Source of the DNA: Cyclobacteriaceae bacterium
GTDB lineage: Bacteria; Bacteroidota; Bacteroidia; Cytophagales; Cyclobacteriaceae
NCBI GenBank assembly: GCA_029858965.1
Contig: JAOUDZ010000008.1
Span: 19,971 to 83,970, forward strand
Direction of reading: 5' to 3'
DNA length: 64,000 nucleotides
The translations under genes and the position numbers were made by a program. The notes beneath the pieces were generated by a model. That model searched no databases. It worked only from the letters and a program-made list of their open reading frames with translations, and had not been told where the DNA came from. Positions 38,610-49,057 of this stretch are shown in pieces; position 1 is the first letter of the stretch, and the number at the start of each line of letters is the position of its first letter.

Positions 38610-41138
38610 TTAATATATCAACTGAAATTCTGGATGGAGGGCCATTGCCCAAATGAAGTCCTCCACAGCCCCTTCTGAAGGAGATTGCCCCAATGTTTTT
38701 AGGGCTATCGCTTCTTCTTCGGAAACGGGGAATCTGCCAAGCGTATTTCTATAAACCTCCTGTATGAGTTTATTCACATCCGGATATCTTTTACGCCACA
38801 CTTCAGCAGCTCTTTTTATTGCCTCATTAAATTGGGTACCATTAGTAAGTTCAAGTGCCTGAAGCAGGTTAGCCTGTGAATTCCTGCTGGTGGAGACTGT
38901 TTCCCGGTTGGGTCTGCCCAGTGCCGTTTGAAACCGATCATTTTTCACCAGTGCGGCGCGTGCAAACGGAATATTAGTTTTGATTGATTTTGGTAGCAAC
39001 GCATATACCATGAGACTATCAGGATATACAGGCTGCAATGACTGGCTTACTGCATCCACGAATTGCTCTGCTGTCAACCTCCTTCGCAACATTCCCGCAA
39101 ACACATAATCTGGCGCAGTGATAAACGCCTCTTCCTTTATGCCAACAGAGGGCAGTTGATAGGTATCGGAAGTAAGAATCTTAAAGATGAGGATTTTAAG
39201 ATCATATCCGGAATCCACAAAATCTGATGCAAGCCAGTCCAGCAGATCCTGGCTCCATGGTTCGTTGTCCATAACATCGACAGGTTCCACTATTCCCCGG
39301 CCCATTAACTGGCCCCATATACGGTTGACCACGGTCCGATACAGGCGCCCGTCTTTAGGTTGAATCAGAAAATCAGCCAATTGTTTCAACCGCTCTTCAG
39401 TTACTGCCCCCGAATCAATTTCGCCTAATTCCTGATATAAAATTCTTATACCAGCCTTTCTTCCGGTTGGCTTATCACATCTGTTTATTTCAAGCGTGGT
39501 ATCCGCAAATATATTGGCAAAAGCATAAGCATCATCAAGTTTCCAGTCGCTGATAAAACTATCGTGACAAGAGGCGCATTTGATGTTCAGGCCAAGAAAC
39601 ACCTGCGCAACATTTTGTGCTGCCTGCATTTCAGTTCTCTGGCTGGCATTTATTGTACCCCTCCACTTAATACCACGAATGAAGCCTTCGGATTTCTTAT
39701 TCGGGCTTATCAATTCCTTTACAAAAAGATTATAGGTCATATTATTTCGCAACGCGCTATATAACCATTCCGTTATGTCTGACCTTCCTCCTGTGATGTA
39801 ACCTGTACCAGTGTAATCATTGCGCAAAGCATCATTCCAAAAAGTAAGCCAATGTTGTGCGTACGCATCGTTTCTATTCAACAACCTGCCCACCAGTTGT
39901 TCCCGCTTGTCTGCGTGGGGATCATCCATAAATGAAGTGATGGAATCCGGAGGCGGCAACAAACCAATAATATCAAGATATACTCTTCTGATATAGGTGC
40001 GATCGTCCACAGGACGGCCCCATTCTATTTTGTTCTTTTCAAAATATTCATTTACGAACCTATCCACCGGGCGTGTTCGCTTGCCGTTTGCGTCTGGCAG
40101 GATAGGCATTCGAGGTTCAAGTGCTGCTACACGGTACACACTTTTCTCGGGTCCGGTCGGCCACGGAGCGCCTTGCATAATCCAGAATTTAAGCAACGCA
40201 ATCTCATCTTTAGAAAGACCTTTCCCTTTTTCCGGCATAGCATCCTTATGGCTCCGCGGCAATGAGATACGCCTGATCAACTCACTGTTATCAGGATTTC
40301 CGGGCACTATTACTGCACCATCTTCTCCGCCCTTCATGATAGATTCTTGGGAATCCAAACGCAGCTCTCCTTTTACCTTGGCCCTTCCATGGCACTTGTA
40401 ACAATGGTGTGCAAAAATAGTGCGCACCTGCAGGTTAAGTTCCTGGATTTGATTTTCATTCAATTGACCATCACGCACTGCAACCTGAAAATCAATTTGA
40501 CTAATATTCTGATCAGATTCATTGGATGGCAAGGCACTTGTCAGATAGTCTTCACCGTGCGTTAACATTGCACCATAGTGCCCTGCAAGCGTAACTGTAA
40601 TTACCGTGACGGCAAGAAAAATCCTCTTTGCGTGAAAAGTATCTCTAAAATAAGATAGTGTCGTTAGGGAAGCCAGGACCATCGTTGCGATCCCGGTCCA
40701 TTGATGCACAGGAAACAGTTCACTTCCATACTCCTCACTGTTCGACAACAGTAGCCCCAACACAACAGCCACAACGGCGGACAAGGCTCCAAGAAGAACC
40801 AATAGTTTTATCGCCGCATGAAAATCATCCCCTTTTCTTTTCCAACTTATGATTTCCAGAAGAAATGCCACCAAAAGTAAACTGATGGGGAAGTGAACGA
40901 TCATCGGGTGTAATCTTCCCAGGAAGGTCCATAACCAAAAACTATTGCTATCAAGATCTTGTGCCCCCTGGGCGAGAACAGGAGTTACGGTGACCAATAG
41001 AAAAACCAGCAAGGAAGCGACCGGAATTTTCAATAGAAATATGATTTCGCAAAGATTTCCAAAAGCGCTGCTGCTCAACAAATTTCTTAGGGCCAGGTAC
41101 TTTATTTTCGAAATCATGTTAGGTCGACATCTGCCCAT
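38610..41138 (-). CDS. DUF2231-like membrane domain + planctomycete-type cytochrome c + DUF1549/DUF1553 (PSD1)
   Basis: GRLHPMIVHFPI; CYKCH and LRLDS heme domain; YIRRVYLDIIG; CASCH; VNRIWGQLMGRGIV; RRLTAEQFVD. The start may be the ATG at 41117. Confidence 0.88.
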   Translation of the reverse strand: MGRCRPNMISKIKYLALRNLLSSSAFGNLCEIIFLLKIPVASLLVFLLVTVTPVLAQGAQDLDSNSFWLWTFLGRLHPMIVHFPISLLLVAFLLEIISWKRKGDDFHAAIKLLVLLGALSAVVAVVLGLLLSNSEEYGSELFPVHQWTGIATMVLASLTTLSYFRDTFHAKRIFLAVTVITVTLAGHYGAMLTHGEDYLTSALPSNESDQNISQIDFQVAVRDGQLNENQIQELNLQVRTIFAHHCYKCHGRAKVKGELRLDSQESIMKGGEDGAVIVPGNPDNSELIRRISLPRSHKDAMPEKGKGLSKDEIALLKFWIMQGAPWPTGPEKSVYRVAALEPRMPILPDANGKRTRPVDRFVNEYFEKNKIEWGRPVDDRTYIRRVYLDIIGLLPPPDSITSFMDDPHADKREQLVGRLLNRNDAYAQHWLTFWNDALRNDYTGTGYITGGRSDITEWLYSALRNNMTYNLFVKELISPNKKSEGFIRGIKWRGTINASQRTEMQAAQNVAQVFLGLNIKCASCHDSFISDWKLDDAYAFANIFADTTLEINRCDKPTGRKAGIRILYQELGEIDSGAVTEERLKQLADFLIQPKDGRLYRTVVNRIWGQLMGRGIVEPVDVMDNEPWSQDLLDWLASDFVDSGYDLKILIFKILTSDTYQLPSVGIKEEAFITAPDYVFAGMLRRRLTAEQFVDAVSQSLQPVYPDSLMVYALLPKSIKTNIPFARAALVKNDRFQTALGRPNRETVSTSRNSQANLLQALELTNGTQFNEAIKRAAEVWRKRYPDVNKLIQEVYRNTLGRFPVSEEEAIALKTLGQSPSEGAVEDFIWAMALHPEFQLIY

Positions 41139-41727
41139 ATACGGTATTCAGTGCACATAGATAATGAGTATGCGTTAGAAAATGCAGGGAAAAGTTACAG
41201 TATTTCGTTTCTCAAAAAAAGAGCTAATTTCATTTGATCAAACCAAGGGCTAAGATCCTCCTTTGAGCAGTGGTTAAGAGGATACTCCTTACAACAGGCA
41301 CGTATATAATCGGCTATCTGGTTAGGCCAAAGTCTTTACATTCTTGATGGTATTGGCATCACAATGATGGGCAAATGTCTTTTTCGGGAAATGAACTGTC
41401 TTTCAAAAGGTCTAAAATTTCCCAAAACCATTCTCTATCCCCTTCCAACATCAAGTAGCGTTGTTAGCTGACCCGTTTCCACCAATTCTTTTATCCGTTT
41501 AAAAATCAAGTTTCAGCTACGAATCGGTTACTTTATCGAAGCCGGCTTTTGGCATTGGTGGAAACAGTCAATCTTTAACCATTGGTTATAGCTGAGTCTT
41601 TAATTTTTTATTTTGGCAGCGTAGGAGGATCGTGATTTGCTTTTCCACACGGGGAGTGAGTATAAATTAAGCACTCAACCAATCCCCACATTTAAGGTCT
41701 TACGATTTCCCTTTGGTCTGCCGCAGT

Positions 41728-41742
41728 TTGACACTTTGTCAA
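41728..41742. promoter_or_regulatory. Palindromic operator-like site TTGACA-N3-TGTCAA
   Basis: Perfect 6-bp inverted repeat about 33 nt upstream of the probable start at 41775; regulator unknown. Confidence 0.35.
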
Positions 41743-41774
41743 GCGTCGAACTAGATTCAAATCAAAAATTAAAA

Positions 41775-44700
41775 ATGATGAGGCGGACACTTGCTTTACT
41801 TCTGTTTGTAGTTTGCTTTTATGGTACATTCGCTACGGCTTACTATGTGGGTGGGCCTGGCGCATCGGACAACAATCCAGGTACGGCGTCACTACCATTT
41901 GCGACCATCCAAAAGGCTGCCAATGTGGCGGTAGCGGGCGATGTTGTAAATATACGTTCAGGCACCTACCGGGAAACTGTTGTGCCGGCAAATTCCGGAA
42001 CCCAAGCAAACCCGATAATTTACCAAGCTGACAATGGCGCCCGCGTGATCATCAGTGGGCTTGAACCCATCAGTGAAACAGGATGGACTGTTCATAATGG
42101 CAGTATATATAAGAAGGCCATTACACTACCAGTAGACGGTTTTAATAAGGACACCTTCAGCAATACACAAATTCTGGCTAATCAGTTATTCAAAGACGGC
42201 GAACCTCAGATCGAAGCACGATGGCCGAAGATGAATAACTTTTCAGATATGCTTGATCGCTCTTCCTACAGAAGTATTACAAATTCTACCAGCAACACAA
42301 TAACGGACGCCTCTATACCCCCAAACGTAACAGGTGCGCTTTGTTGGGTAGGAGGATGGTATGTAGCGCTCACCGGATATGTAACTGGTCAGGCAGGTAG
42401 CACCATAACTTGGAATCAACCACAACCCGATATTGCTAAAAGAAAGCGATTTTTTCTTACCGGAAAACTGAATTTACTTACTCAACAAAAGGAATTTCAT
42501 TACGAAGCTGGAACCCTATACTTTTGGCAACAAGGAGGAGGATCCCCAACGGGGTTAGAGTACAAAGCGCGTAATTATGGATTTAATCTTAGAGCGAATT
42601 CATACATCACAGTAAACGGATTAGAGTTCATTGGATGCGATCCCGTGGTTGCTAGTACATCAAGCAATACTATAGTAATTGATAACATACGAGCATCATA
42701 TCTTAATCATGCAATAAGGGTTAATTGGACTAACAGCGCAGAACTCTACGACGGATTGGCTTTAGTTTACTGGAATGCCCGACAAACTGGTATACGACTG
42801 CTTGGCCCTAATAGCATAATAAGAAATAGCGAACTAAACTGGGGAATACAAGCGGTATGGTTAGGTCAAAACGGTATAATGGACAACTGTCTCGCACAGG
42901 GATTTGGTATGGATGGAAACTATGGTTGCGGAGTTACACTATGGGATCACTCTTCTAATCAAAAGATACTGAACAATACCATGTACAACATGGGCAGGAG
43001 TTGTATGGATTGGGGTGCTTTGCTTCACGACAATAAATTCAATGTAGAAGTAGCGTACAACGATTGGTATGATTTTGAACGGCTTAGTGCTGATGCAGGA
43101 GCCTCGTATGCCGGAGGATATCAGAATACGGATGGTTCGGTGATGCACCACAACTGGATACACGACAGTAAAAATCTATGGTCAGGTACAGGCGAGCCCG
43201 AAGAAGGCGTAAATGCGGGAATCTATTGGGACATGGGTTCTGGATGGAGTACACTGCACCATAACGTAATCTGGAATTGTAATGGTAATGCGGTTTTTAG
43301 TAACCCCTGTTATGAAGGAATGAACCATGCCAAGTCAAATTTGTATAATAATACGTTTGTCGATAATTACAGTTCTGGAGGATTTTATGGCCCCGGAGGC
43401 AACCATTATATGCAGTCATACAAGAATGTATGTTCGTCGCCGCTGGATAAGATGAGAAATAATATATACGGAGATGAGATAATGGCTGCACAAAACTCAG
43501 TTCAGGTAGACAATGCTAACTCGGTCATGGAAAATACTAATCCTTCATATCTACAGTCCGGAACTGGAGGGTTACGCTACCGTATTTCCGCGTCATCCCC
43601 TGCTCGAAATCTAGGCGTACATATCCCGGGAATTACTGATGGATACCTGGAAAACGCCCCGGACGCTGGCGCTTATGAGTTTGGAGATCCAAATCCGTGG
43701 GTTCCGGGATACACCCCAGTGCCCGTTACAACCACACCTAATATTCCTCCCGTTGTGAGTATCACTAGTCCGGCCAACAATTCGTCGTTTACCGCAGGAA
43801 CACCCATTACCATTTCAGCAAATGCCTCCGACGCGGATGGCTCGGTCTACAAGGTGGAATTCTTCTATGGAACTACAAAAGTGGGAGAAGATCTCAGCAG
43901 CCCATACAGTATTGTGTGGAACAATCCCCCAATAGGAACGAATCCTTTAACGGCCAAAGCTACTGACAACCAAAACCGCGTAACAACGTCTTCCCCTGTT
44001 ACGATTACCGTAAACGGGAACGCTGCGCCTACTGCATCGATAACCGGTCCATCAAATAACGCTCAATTTACTGCCGGAATTCCCATAACCATTACAGCTA
44101 CGGCCTCCGATGCCAATGGCTCTGTGACTAAAGTTGAATTCTTTAATGGCACAACTAAATTGGGAGAGGATCTCACCAGTCCGTACAATTTTGTTTGGAA
44201 TAATGCTCCTGTTGGAACTCTTGCCTTGACTGTAAAAGCAACGGATAACGAAAACAGTGCGACGACTTCTGCTATCGTTACGATTAAAGTAAATGCGAAA
44301 ACCCCACCCACGGTAGCGATAACAGGCCCATCAAACAATGCCCAATTCATATCTGGAACATCCGTTACCATTACAGCCACCGCCTCCGACGCAAATGGTT
44401 CCGTTACGAAAGTTGAATTCTTCAATGGCACAACCAAGCTGGGACAGGACCTTACTAGCCCATACAGTTTTGTATGGAATAATGCTCCAACCGGAACGCA
44501 TGCCTTAACGGCCAAAGCTACCGACAACGAAAGCAATGCGACTACTTCTGCGATCGTTACAATAATTGTAAATGCAAACACCCCACCGACAGTAGCGATA
44601 ACAGGTCCATCTAACAACTCCCAATTTATCACGGGGACTCCAGTTACCATCGCAGCTTCTGCCTCCGATCAGAATGGCTCCGTGACCAAAGTTGAATTCT

Positions 44701-45965
44701 TCAATGGAACAATTAAATTGGGGGAGGATCTTACTGCCCCATACAGTTTTGTATGGAAAAATGCTCCAGCTGGAAAGTATGCCATTACTGCTAAAGCTAC
44801 TGACAACTTGAACACTGTTGCTGTATCAAAGCCAGCTACGATTACAATCGTGGTGAATACAGCACCAACAGTAACAATAACGGGACCTTCAGACAATGCC
44901 CAATTTACAGCCGGTGCCGCTATTACAATTGCGGCGACTGCTTCCGATGCAAATGGCTCCGTAACTAAAGTTGAATTCTTCAATGGAACAGCTAAGCTGG
45001 GAGAAGATCCTACTAGTCCCTATGGCTTCCTGTGGAACAATGTTCCAGTGGGAGATTATTCTATCACGGCGAAGGCAACCGATAATTTAGGGGCTGTTGG
45101 TACTTCGGCCGCCGTTTCAATACATGTAATTGCCGCCAATACTCCTCCTGTCGTAAGCATTACCAGTCCTTCCAATAATACTTCTTTTCTCGCTGGATCA
45201 TCCATCACCATCAAGGCGAACGCTTCGGATCCCAATGGAGCGGTAAGCAAAGTGGAATTCTTCAGTGGCTCCACAAAATTAGGCGAAGACTTAACTAGCC
45301 CCTATCGTTTTGTCTGGAATAACGTCCCCGAAGGAAATTACTCCATCAAGGTAAAGGCAACTGATAATCTCAATGCAGTCACAAGTTCTAAATCTGTAAG
45401 CATTTCTATTGTAAGCCCCATTTCTCCAACTGCTTTTGCAGGTCCGGACGAGACGCTTTTGCTACCTGAAAATGAAGTTACCTTGCAGGGTTCAGGTACG
45501 GCTGCAGACGGTTCAACTGTCACCTATGAATGGGTCCAGTTATCTGGTCCCGATGTGGCAACGTTATCAAACACTGCTGCCCCCGAAGTTACGCTAACCA
45601 ACCTGATAGCGGGTAAGTACGAATTTGAACTTACCGTTACGGACCAGAACGGGCTCACCGGTAAAGATCAAATACAAATTTCAGTAGTTGCCGAAGAAAT
45701 CGCGATGAGCGAGATACCGCGCTACTTTTCCCCGAATGATGATGGCATCAATGATTTCTGGGAATGGCCGCAATCTGAAGTTTTCGACAATTCCTTATTA
45801 ATGATCTTTAACCGGTTTGGTCAACAAATCTATGAGGCCATATCATATAAGAACAACTGGGACGGAAAAATGAACGGCAAAGCCTTACAGGAAGATGCTT
45901 ATTACTATGTCATTAGGCTGCTTAATAACACAGACATAAAAGGTGCTGTTCGGATTATTCGTTGA
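41775..45965 (+). CDS. T9SS-secreted protein: right-handed beta-helix domain, six Ig-like (Big) repeats, PKD-like domain, gliding-motility (type B) CTD
   Basis: Signal MMRRTLALLL; YYVG...PFATIQKAA...GTYRE beta-helix lead-in; repeats with VEFFNG and TAKATDN; C-terminal FSPNDDGIND, IFNRFG, WDG, YYYVI. ATG 41775 preferred over TTG 41637. Confidence 0.88.
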   Translation: MMRRTLALLLFVVCFYGTFATAYYVGGPGASDNNPGTASLPFATIQKAANVAVAGDVVNIRSGTYRETVVPANSGTQANPIIYQADNGARVIISGLEPISETGWTVHNGSIYKKAITLPVDGFNKDTFSNTQILANQLFKDGEPQIEARWPKMNNFSDMLDRSSYRSITNSTSNTITDASIPPNVTGALCWVGGWYVALTGYVTGQAGSTITWNQPQPDIAKRKRFFLTGKLNLLTQQKEFHYEAGTLYFWQQGGGSPTGLEYKARNYGFNLRANSYITVNGLEFIGCDPVVASTSSNTIVIDNIRASYLNHAIRVNWTNSAELYDGLALVYWNARQTGIRLLGPNSIIRNSELNWGIQAVWLGQNGIMDNCLAQGFGMDGNYGCGVTLWDHSSNQKILNNTMYNMGRSCMDWGALLHDNKFNVEVAYNDWYDFERLSADAGASYAGGYQNTDGSVMHHNWIHDSKNLWSGTGEPEEGVNAGIYWDMGSGWSTLHHNVIWNCNGNAVFSNPCYEGMNHAKSNLYNNTFVDNYSSGGFYGPGGNHYMQSYKNVCSSPLDKMRNNIYGDEIMAAQNSVQVDNANSVMENTNPSYLQSGTGGLRYRISASSPARNLGVHIPGITDGYLENAPDAGAYEFGDPNPWVPGYTPVPVTTTPNIPPVVSITSPANNSSFTAGTPITISANASDADGSVYKVEFFYGTTKVGEDLSSPYSIVWNNPPIGTNPLTAKATDNQNRVTTSSPVTITVNGNAAPTASITGPSNNAQFTAGIPITITATASDANGSVTKVEFFNGTTKLGEDLTSPYNFVWNNAPVGTLALTVKATDNENSATTSAIVTIKVNAKTPPTVAITGPSNNAQFISGTSVTITATASDANGSVTKVEFFNGTTKLGQDLTSPYSFVWNNAPTGTHALTAKATDNESNATTSAIVTIIVNANTPPTVAITGPSNNSQFITGTPVTIAASASDQNGSVTKVEFFNGTIKLGEDLTAPYSFVWKNAPAGKYAITAKATDNLNTVAVSKPATITIVVNTAPTVTITGPSDNAQFTAGAAITIAATASDANGSVTKVEFFNGTAKLGEDPTSPYGFLWNNVPVGDYSITAKATDNLGAVGTSAAVSIHVIAANTPPVVSITSPSNNTSFLAGSSITIKANASDPNGAVSKVEFFSGSTKLGEDLTSPYRFVWNNVPEGNYSIKVKATDNLNAVTSSKSVSISIVSPISPTAFAGPDETLLLPENEVTLQGSGTAADGSTVTYEWVQLSGPDVATLSNTAAPEVTLTNLIAGKYEFELTVTDQNGLTGKDQIQISVVAEEIAMSEIPRYFSPNDDGINDFWEWPQSEVFDNSLLMIFNRFGQQIYEAISYKNNWDGKMNGKALQEDAYYYVIRLLNNTDIKGAVRIIR
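43740..45414 (+). repeat. Six tandem Ig-like domain repeats of about 93 aa
   Basis: Recurring P-x-V-x-IT-x-P-x-NN...A-x-ASD-x-x-G-x-V-x-KVEFF...GED...PY...W-x-N...A-x-ATDN, also visible at DNA level. Confidence 0.92.
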
Positions 45966-45981
45966 TCACTTAAAATCCTTC

Positions 45982-48900
45982 TCACTTCCCGGGCATCATG
46001 AAATCCTCCTTCAATACCAATTCCGTTGCTTCAAGCAGGTAGTCCGCCTGCGAGTGAGTAAAAACGATAGGAGGCTTCACTTTTATTACATTATTATAAG
46101 GGCCATCTGTGCTCATTAGAATTCCTTTGTCGCGCATACGGTTTGCGAAATATGAAGCTTCCTCCGTCGCCGGTCCTTTCGTTTCTCTATTCTTAACAAA
46201 TTCGAATCCTATGAATAGACCGGGGCCCCGCACATCACCGATTACTTCATATTCTTTCATCAAATTTCGTAATCCTGATTTCAGGTAGTCTCCGATGATT
46301 TTTGCATTATGTTGCAGACCTTCATCTTTAATTACGCTTAGGACCTCCAGTCCGATAGCACAGGAAACCGGATTTCCGCCAAAAGTGTTAAAATATTCCA
46401 TTCCATTCACAAAGGCATCTGCCACAGATTGCGTTGTTACAACAACACCCAATGGATGACCGTTTCCAATGGGCTTTCCAATCGTAACAATATCAGGAAC
46501 TACCCCGTGTTCCATAAATGCCCAGAAGAAATCTCCCGCACGCCCACAGCCTGTCTGTACTTCATCTGCGATGCATACGCCTCCGGCCTTTCTGACATGC
46601 TGATAAGCTTCTTTTAAAAAATCCTTTGGCAACTCAACTTGCCCACCGCAGCTAATAACAGATTCAAATATCAAGGCAGCAGGTTTACGTCCAAGCTGAT
46701 GAATGGAAGTGACCGCTCCCTGAACGTGCGATGCATATCTACTGCTTGCTTTTGGATCGTCATCGCGATACCTTCCGCGGTATACATCCGGAATTGGCAC
46801 AACATGAACGCTGGGTGATACTCCTTTTCCGCCGACTCCATCAAACTTATAGGAACTGATTTCGATGCAGGCATTTGTGTTTCCATGATAACCGACTTCT
46901 GAAACGATCATATCCTTTTGGCCGGTATAATTTTTTGCGAGCCGCAAAGCCAATTCGTTTGCCTCACTTCCAGAGTTAACGATGTAGGCCACATTTAAGC
47001 CGGAGGGCATGGTTTCCAGAATGGCCTCAACAAACTTCACAATGTTCTCATGCAAATAACGCGTGTTGGTATTGAGTACGGCCATTTGACGCTGACCTGC
47101 ACAAACAACACGCGGATGTTCATGCCCTACGTGCGCAACATTGTTAACCGTATCCAAATATCTGCGCCCGGTATCGTCCAGCATATAAGCACCGTGACCT
47201 CTCACCATCTTGATCGGATCGCGGTAGGAAATGCTCATGTTTTTTCCCAGGTGCTTTTTTCGATAGTCTACAATCTCTTCTTTCGACAACGAAGGTTGTT
47301 GCGCTGAACGCTTACCGGTCAAGAGTAGCCATGGATCCGGAGAAATGCTTTTCCATAATCCCCGCTCGTTTGCGCTGGCTACACCAGGAAAATCGCCGAC
47401 CTTACCAAGCATATCCAGCACGATCTGGAAATGAAGATGCGGTGGCCAATTTCCATTTTCACTTCTATTTCCAATCCGCCCTATCACCTCTCCTTTTTTG
47501 AATGACTGGCCAACCGTAAATGACAAAAGCGAGTCGGTGGTAAGATGACCATATAGGGTATAAAAAATAAAATCGTTAGAAATCTTATGCTCCAGAATCA
47601 GGGTTGGACCATAGTCCCGATCAGCGTCATTATTTTTGGCGCTGTATAATGTTCCATCCAAGACAGCGACGACAGCTGTCTTTGGGGAGGCAAAAAAATC
47701 CATACCAATATGCACTGTTCGCCACGCTTGAGCATCGTTGCCAGGGAATGCAAAGGCATCAGTGCTGTAAAAAGCCCGAGGTTCGTCGTACCGGCCGATC
47801 GCTACGGAATCTCCTGTGTCTGCCATCAGCTGTGAGACTTTACGGTCAAACAAATTGGGGTCAAGTAAATTATTCATCGTGCCTGCATCCAGGCTTCCCA
47901 CGCTAAGGTCAAGAAAGCGCGCATTTTCCGCACCTTCGACAGGGAAGGTTGCTTCATTGTGATTGGCAAGAACCCACGAAGTAAATTTCTGATTGTTGGG
48001 ACAAGGTATAAGGCCACATGCATTTCGAAATGCATAATGCATCAGGTCCGAAGGGATGGCTCTAAGTTTATTAAGCAAATCCCATGCAGGCCCATCGCTT
48101 ACTTGAAGGTAGATGTTTTCCGGATGCTCCTCAAGATTGAGTGCCGAGCAAGTTACGCTTATCAACAACCGTGCTGTAATCATGGGAAACAACACGGCTA
48201 ACGCTTGCTCTTCGATCGGAAACTGATCGTGGTAACCTTTGACCACAGGAAGTGCTGCTTCCAACGGATTGTTCTTGTGCATCATCGCATATGCCAGGGC
48301 AATAGCCAATTCATTGATGGTGTTGGTATACACCGCATCGCCAAAGTCAATTACGCCTTCTACTGAAACGGTGTTTCCAATGCCACTTACAAGGACATTG
48401 TAATCGTTGATGTCATTATGATTTATGCCGTACCGTGTGGATGACAAAGCAGGCATAGCTTTTTCAAAAAGTGCGTAGAAGTAATCAAAGACTTCCCTTT
48501 TTTCACCCTTGAATTTTTCGGCGTGGTCATTTATCCAGGCAGCGCTTGAAGGATCCCACTTGATAAACCGGCGCGCCGCCTCATGGTCGAAGCCTGAAAG
48601 ACCTCTGCTTACCTTACCACACATTTCACCAAGTCTATAGAGTAACGTCGGGGAATGTGGGTTTACTGTTGCCAACACCCTTCCGTCAATCCACGTGAGC
48701 AGGCGCATAAAGCGTGTGCTTCCGTCAATACTTAAGGTTACGATTTCTGCACCATCATGAGCGGGTACAAGGTTCTGGGTTTTCAGTCCGGCAGACGCCG
48801 AACGCAACCTTTTCATAATACTGTTTTGTAATTCCAACTGCGCCAGACTCTCTTGCGGATTAGCGATCTTCAAAATGTACGCTTTGCCGGCAGAATCTTG

Positions 48901-49008
48901 CAAATAAAAATTAAGATCAATTTCTCCATGCAATTTCTTCACTGATGCCTTGACGCCATAGTATTCCTTTGCAAGTTGTTCAGCATCTTTCTCTGCTATT
49001 TTCAGCAT
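45982..49008 (-). CDS. Fusion of phosphotransferase (hydroxylysine kinase-like), M23 peptidase and class III PLP aminotransferase/phospho-lyase
   Basis: HNDINDYN and IDFGD (APH kinase); HIGMD and PPHLHFQ (M23); [16 protein letters not shown] and TIGKPIGNG (AT-III). ATG at 49008 preferred. Confidence 0.88.
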   Translation of the reverse strand: MLKIAEKDAEQLAKEYYGVKASVKKLHGEIDLNFYLQDSAGKAYILKIANPQESLAQLELQNSIMKRLRSASAGLKTQNLVPAHDGAEIVTLSIDGSTRFMRLLTWIDGRVLATVNPHSPTLLYRLGEMCGKVSRGLSGFDHEAARRFIKWDPSSAAWINDHAEKFKGEKREVFDYFYALFEKAMPALSSTRYGINHNDINDYNVLVSGIGNTVSVEGVIDFGDAVYTNTINELAIALAYAMMHKNNPLEAALPVVKGYHDQFPIEEQALAVLFPMITARLLISVTCSALNLEEHPENIYLQVSDGPAWDLLNKLRAIPSDLMHYAFRNACGLIPCPNNQKFTSWVLANHNEATFPVEGAENARFLDLSVGSLDAGTMNNLLDPNLFDRKVSQLMADTGDSVAIGRYDEPRAFYSTDAFAFPGNDAQAWRTVHIGMDFFASPKTAVVAVLDGTLYSAKNNDADRDYGPTLILEHKISNDFIFYTLYGHLTTDSLLSFTVGQSFKKGEVIGRIGNRSENGNWPPHLHFQIVLDMLGKVGDFPGVASANERGLWKSISPDPWLLLTGKRSAQQPSLSKEEIVDYRKKHLGKNMSISYRDPIKMVRGHGAYMLDDTGRRYLDTVNNVAHVGHEHPRVVCAGQRQMAVLNTNTRYLHENIVKFVEAILETMPSGLNVAYIVNSGSEANELALRLAKNYTGQKDMIVSEVGYHGNTNACIEISSYKFDGVGGKGVSPSVHVVPIPDVYRGRYRDDDPKASSRYASHVQGAVTSIHQLGRKPAALIFESVISCGGQVELPKDFLKEAYQHVRKAGGVCIADEVQTGCGRAGDFFWAFMEHGVVPDIVTIGKPIGNGHPLGVVVTTQSVADAFVNGMEYFNTFGGNPVSCAIGLEVLSVIKDEGLQHNAKIIGDYLKSGLRNLMKEYEVIGDVRGPGLFIGFEFVKNRETKGPATEEASYFANRMRDKGILMSTDGPYNNVIKVKPPIVFTHSQADYLLEATELVLKEDFMMPGK

Positions 49009-49057
49009 GCTTTTTTTATTATGATACAATATTCCTTAGCGGAATATTTGATAAAAT

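Noticed and set aside
44063-45523. Several repetitive minus-strand ORFs (195, 104, 72 and 61 aa)
   Set aside because: Antisense mirror of the Ig-repeat coding region; their repeats derive from the plus-strand gene.
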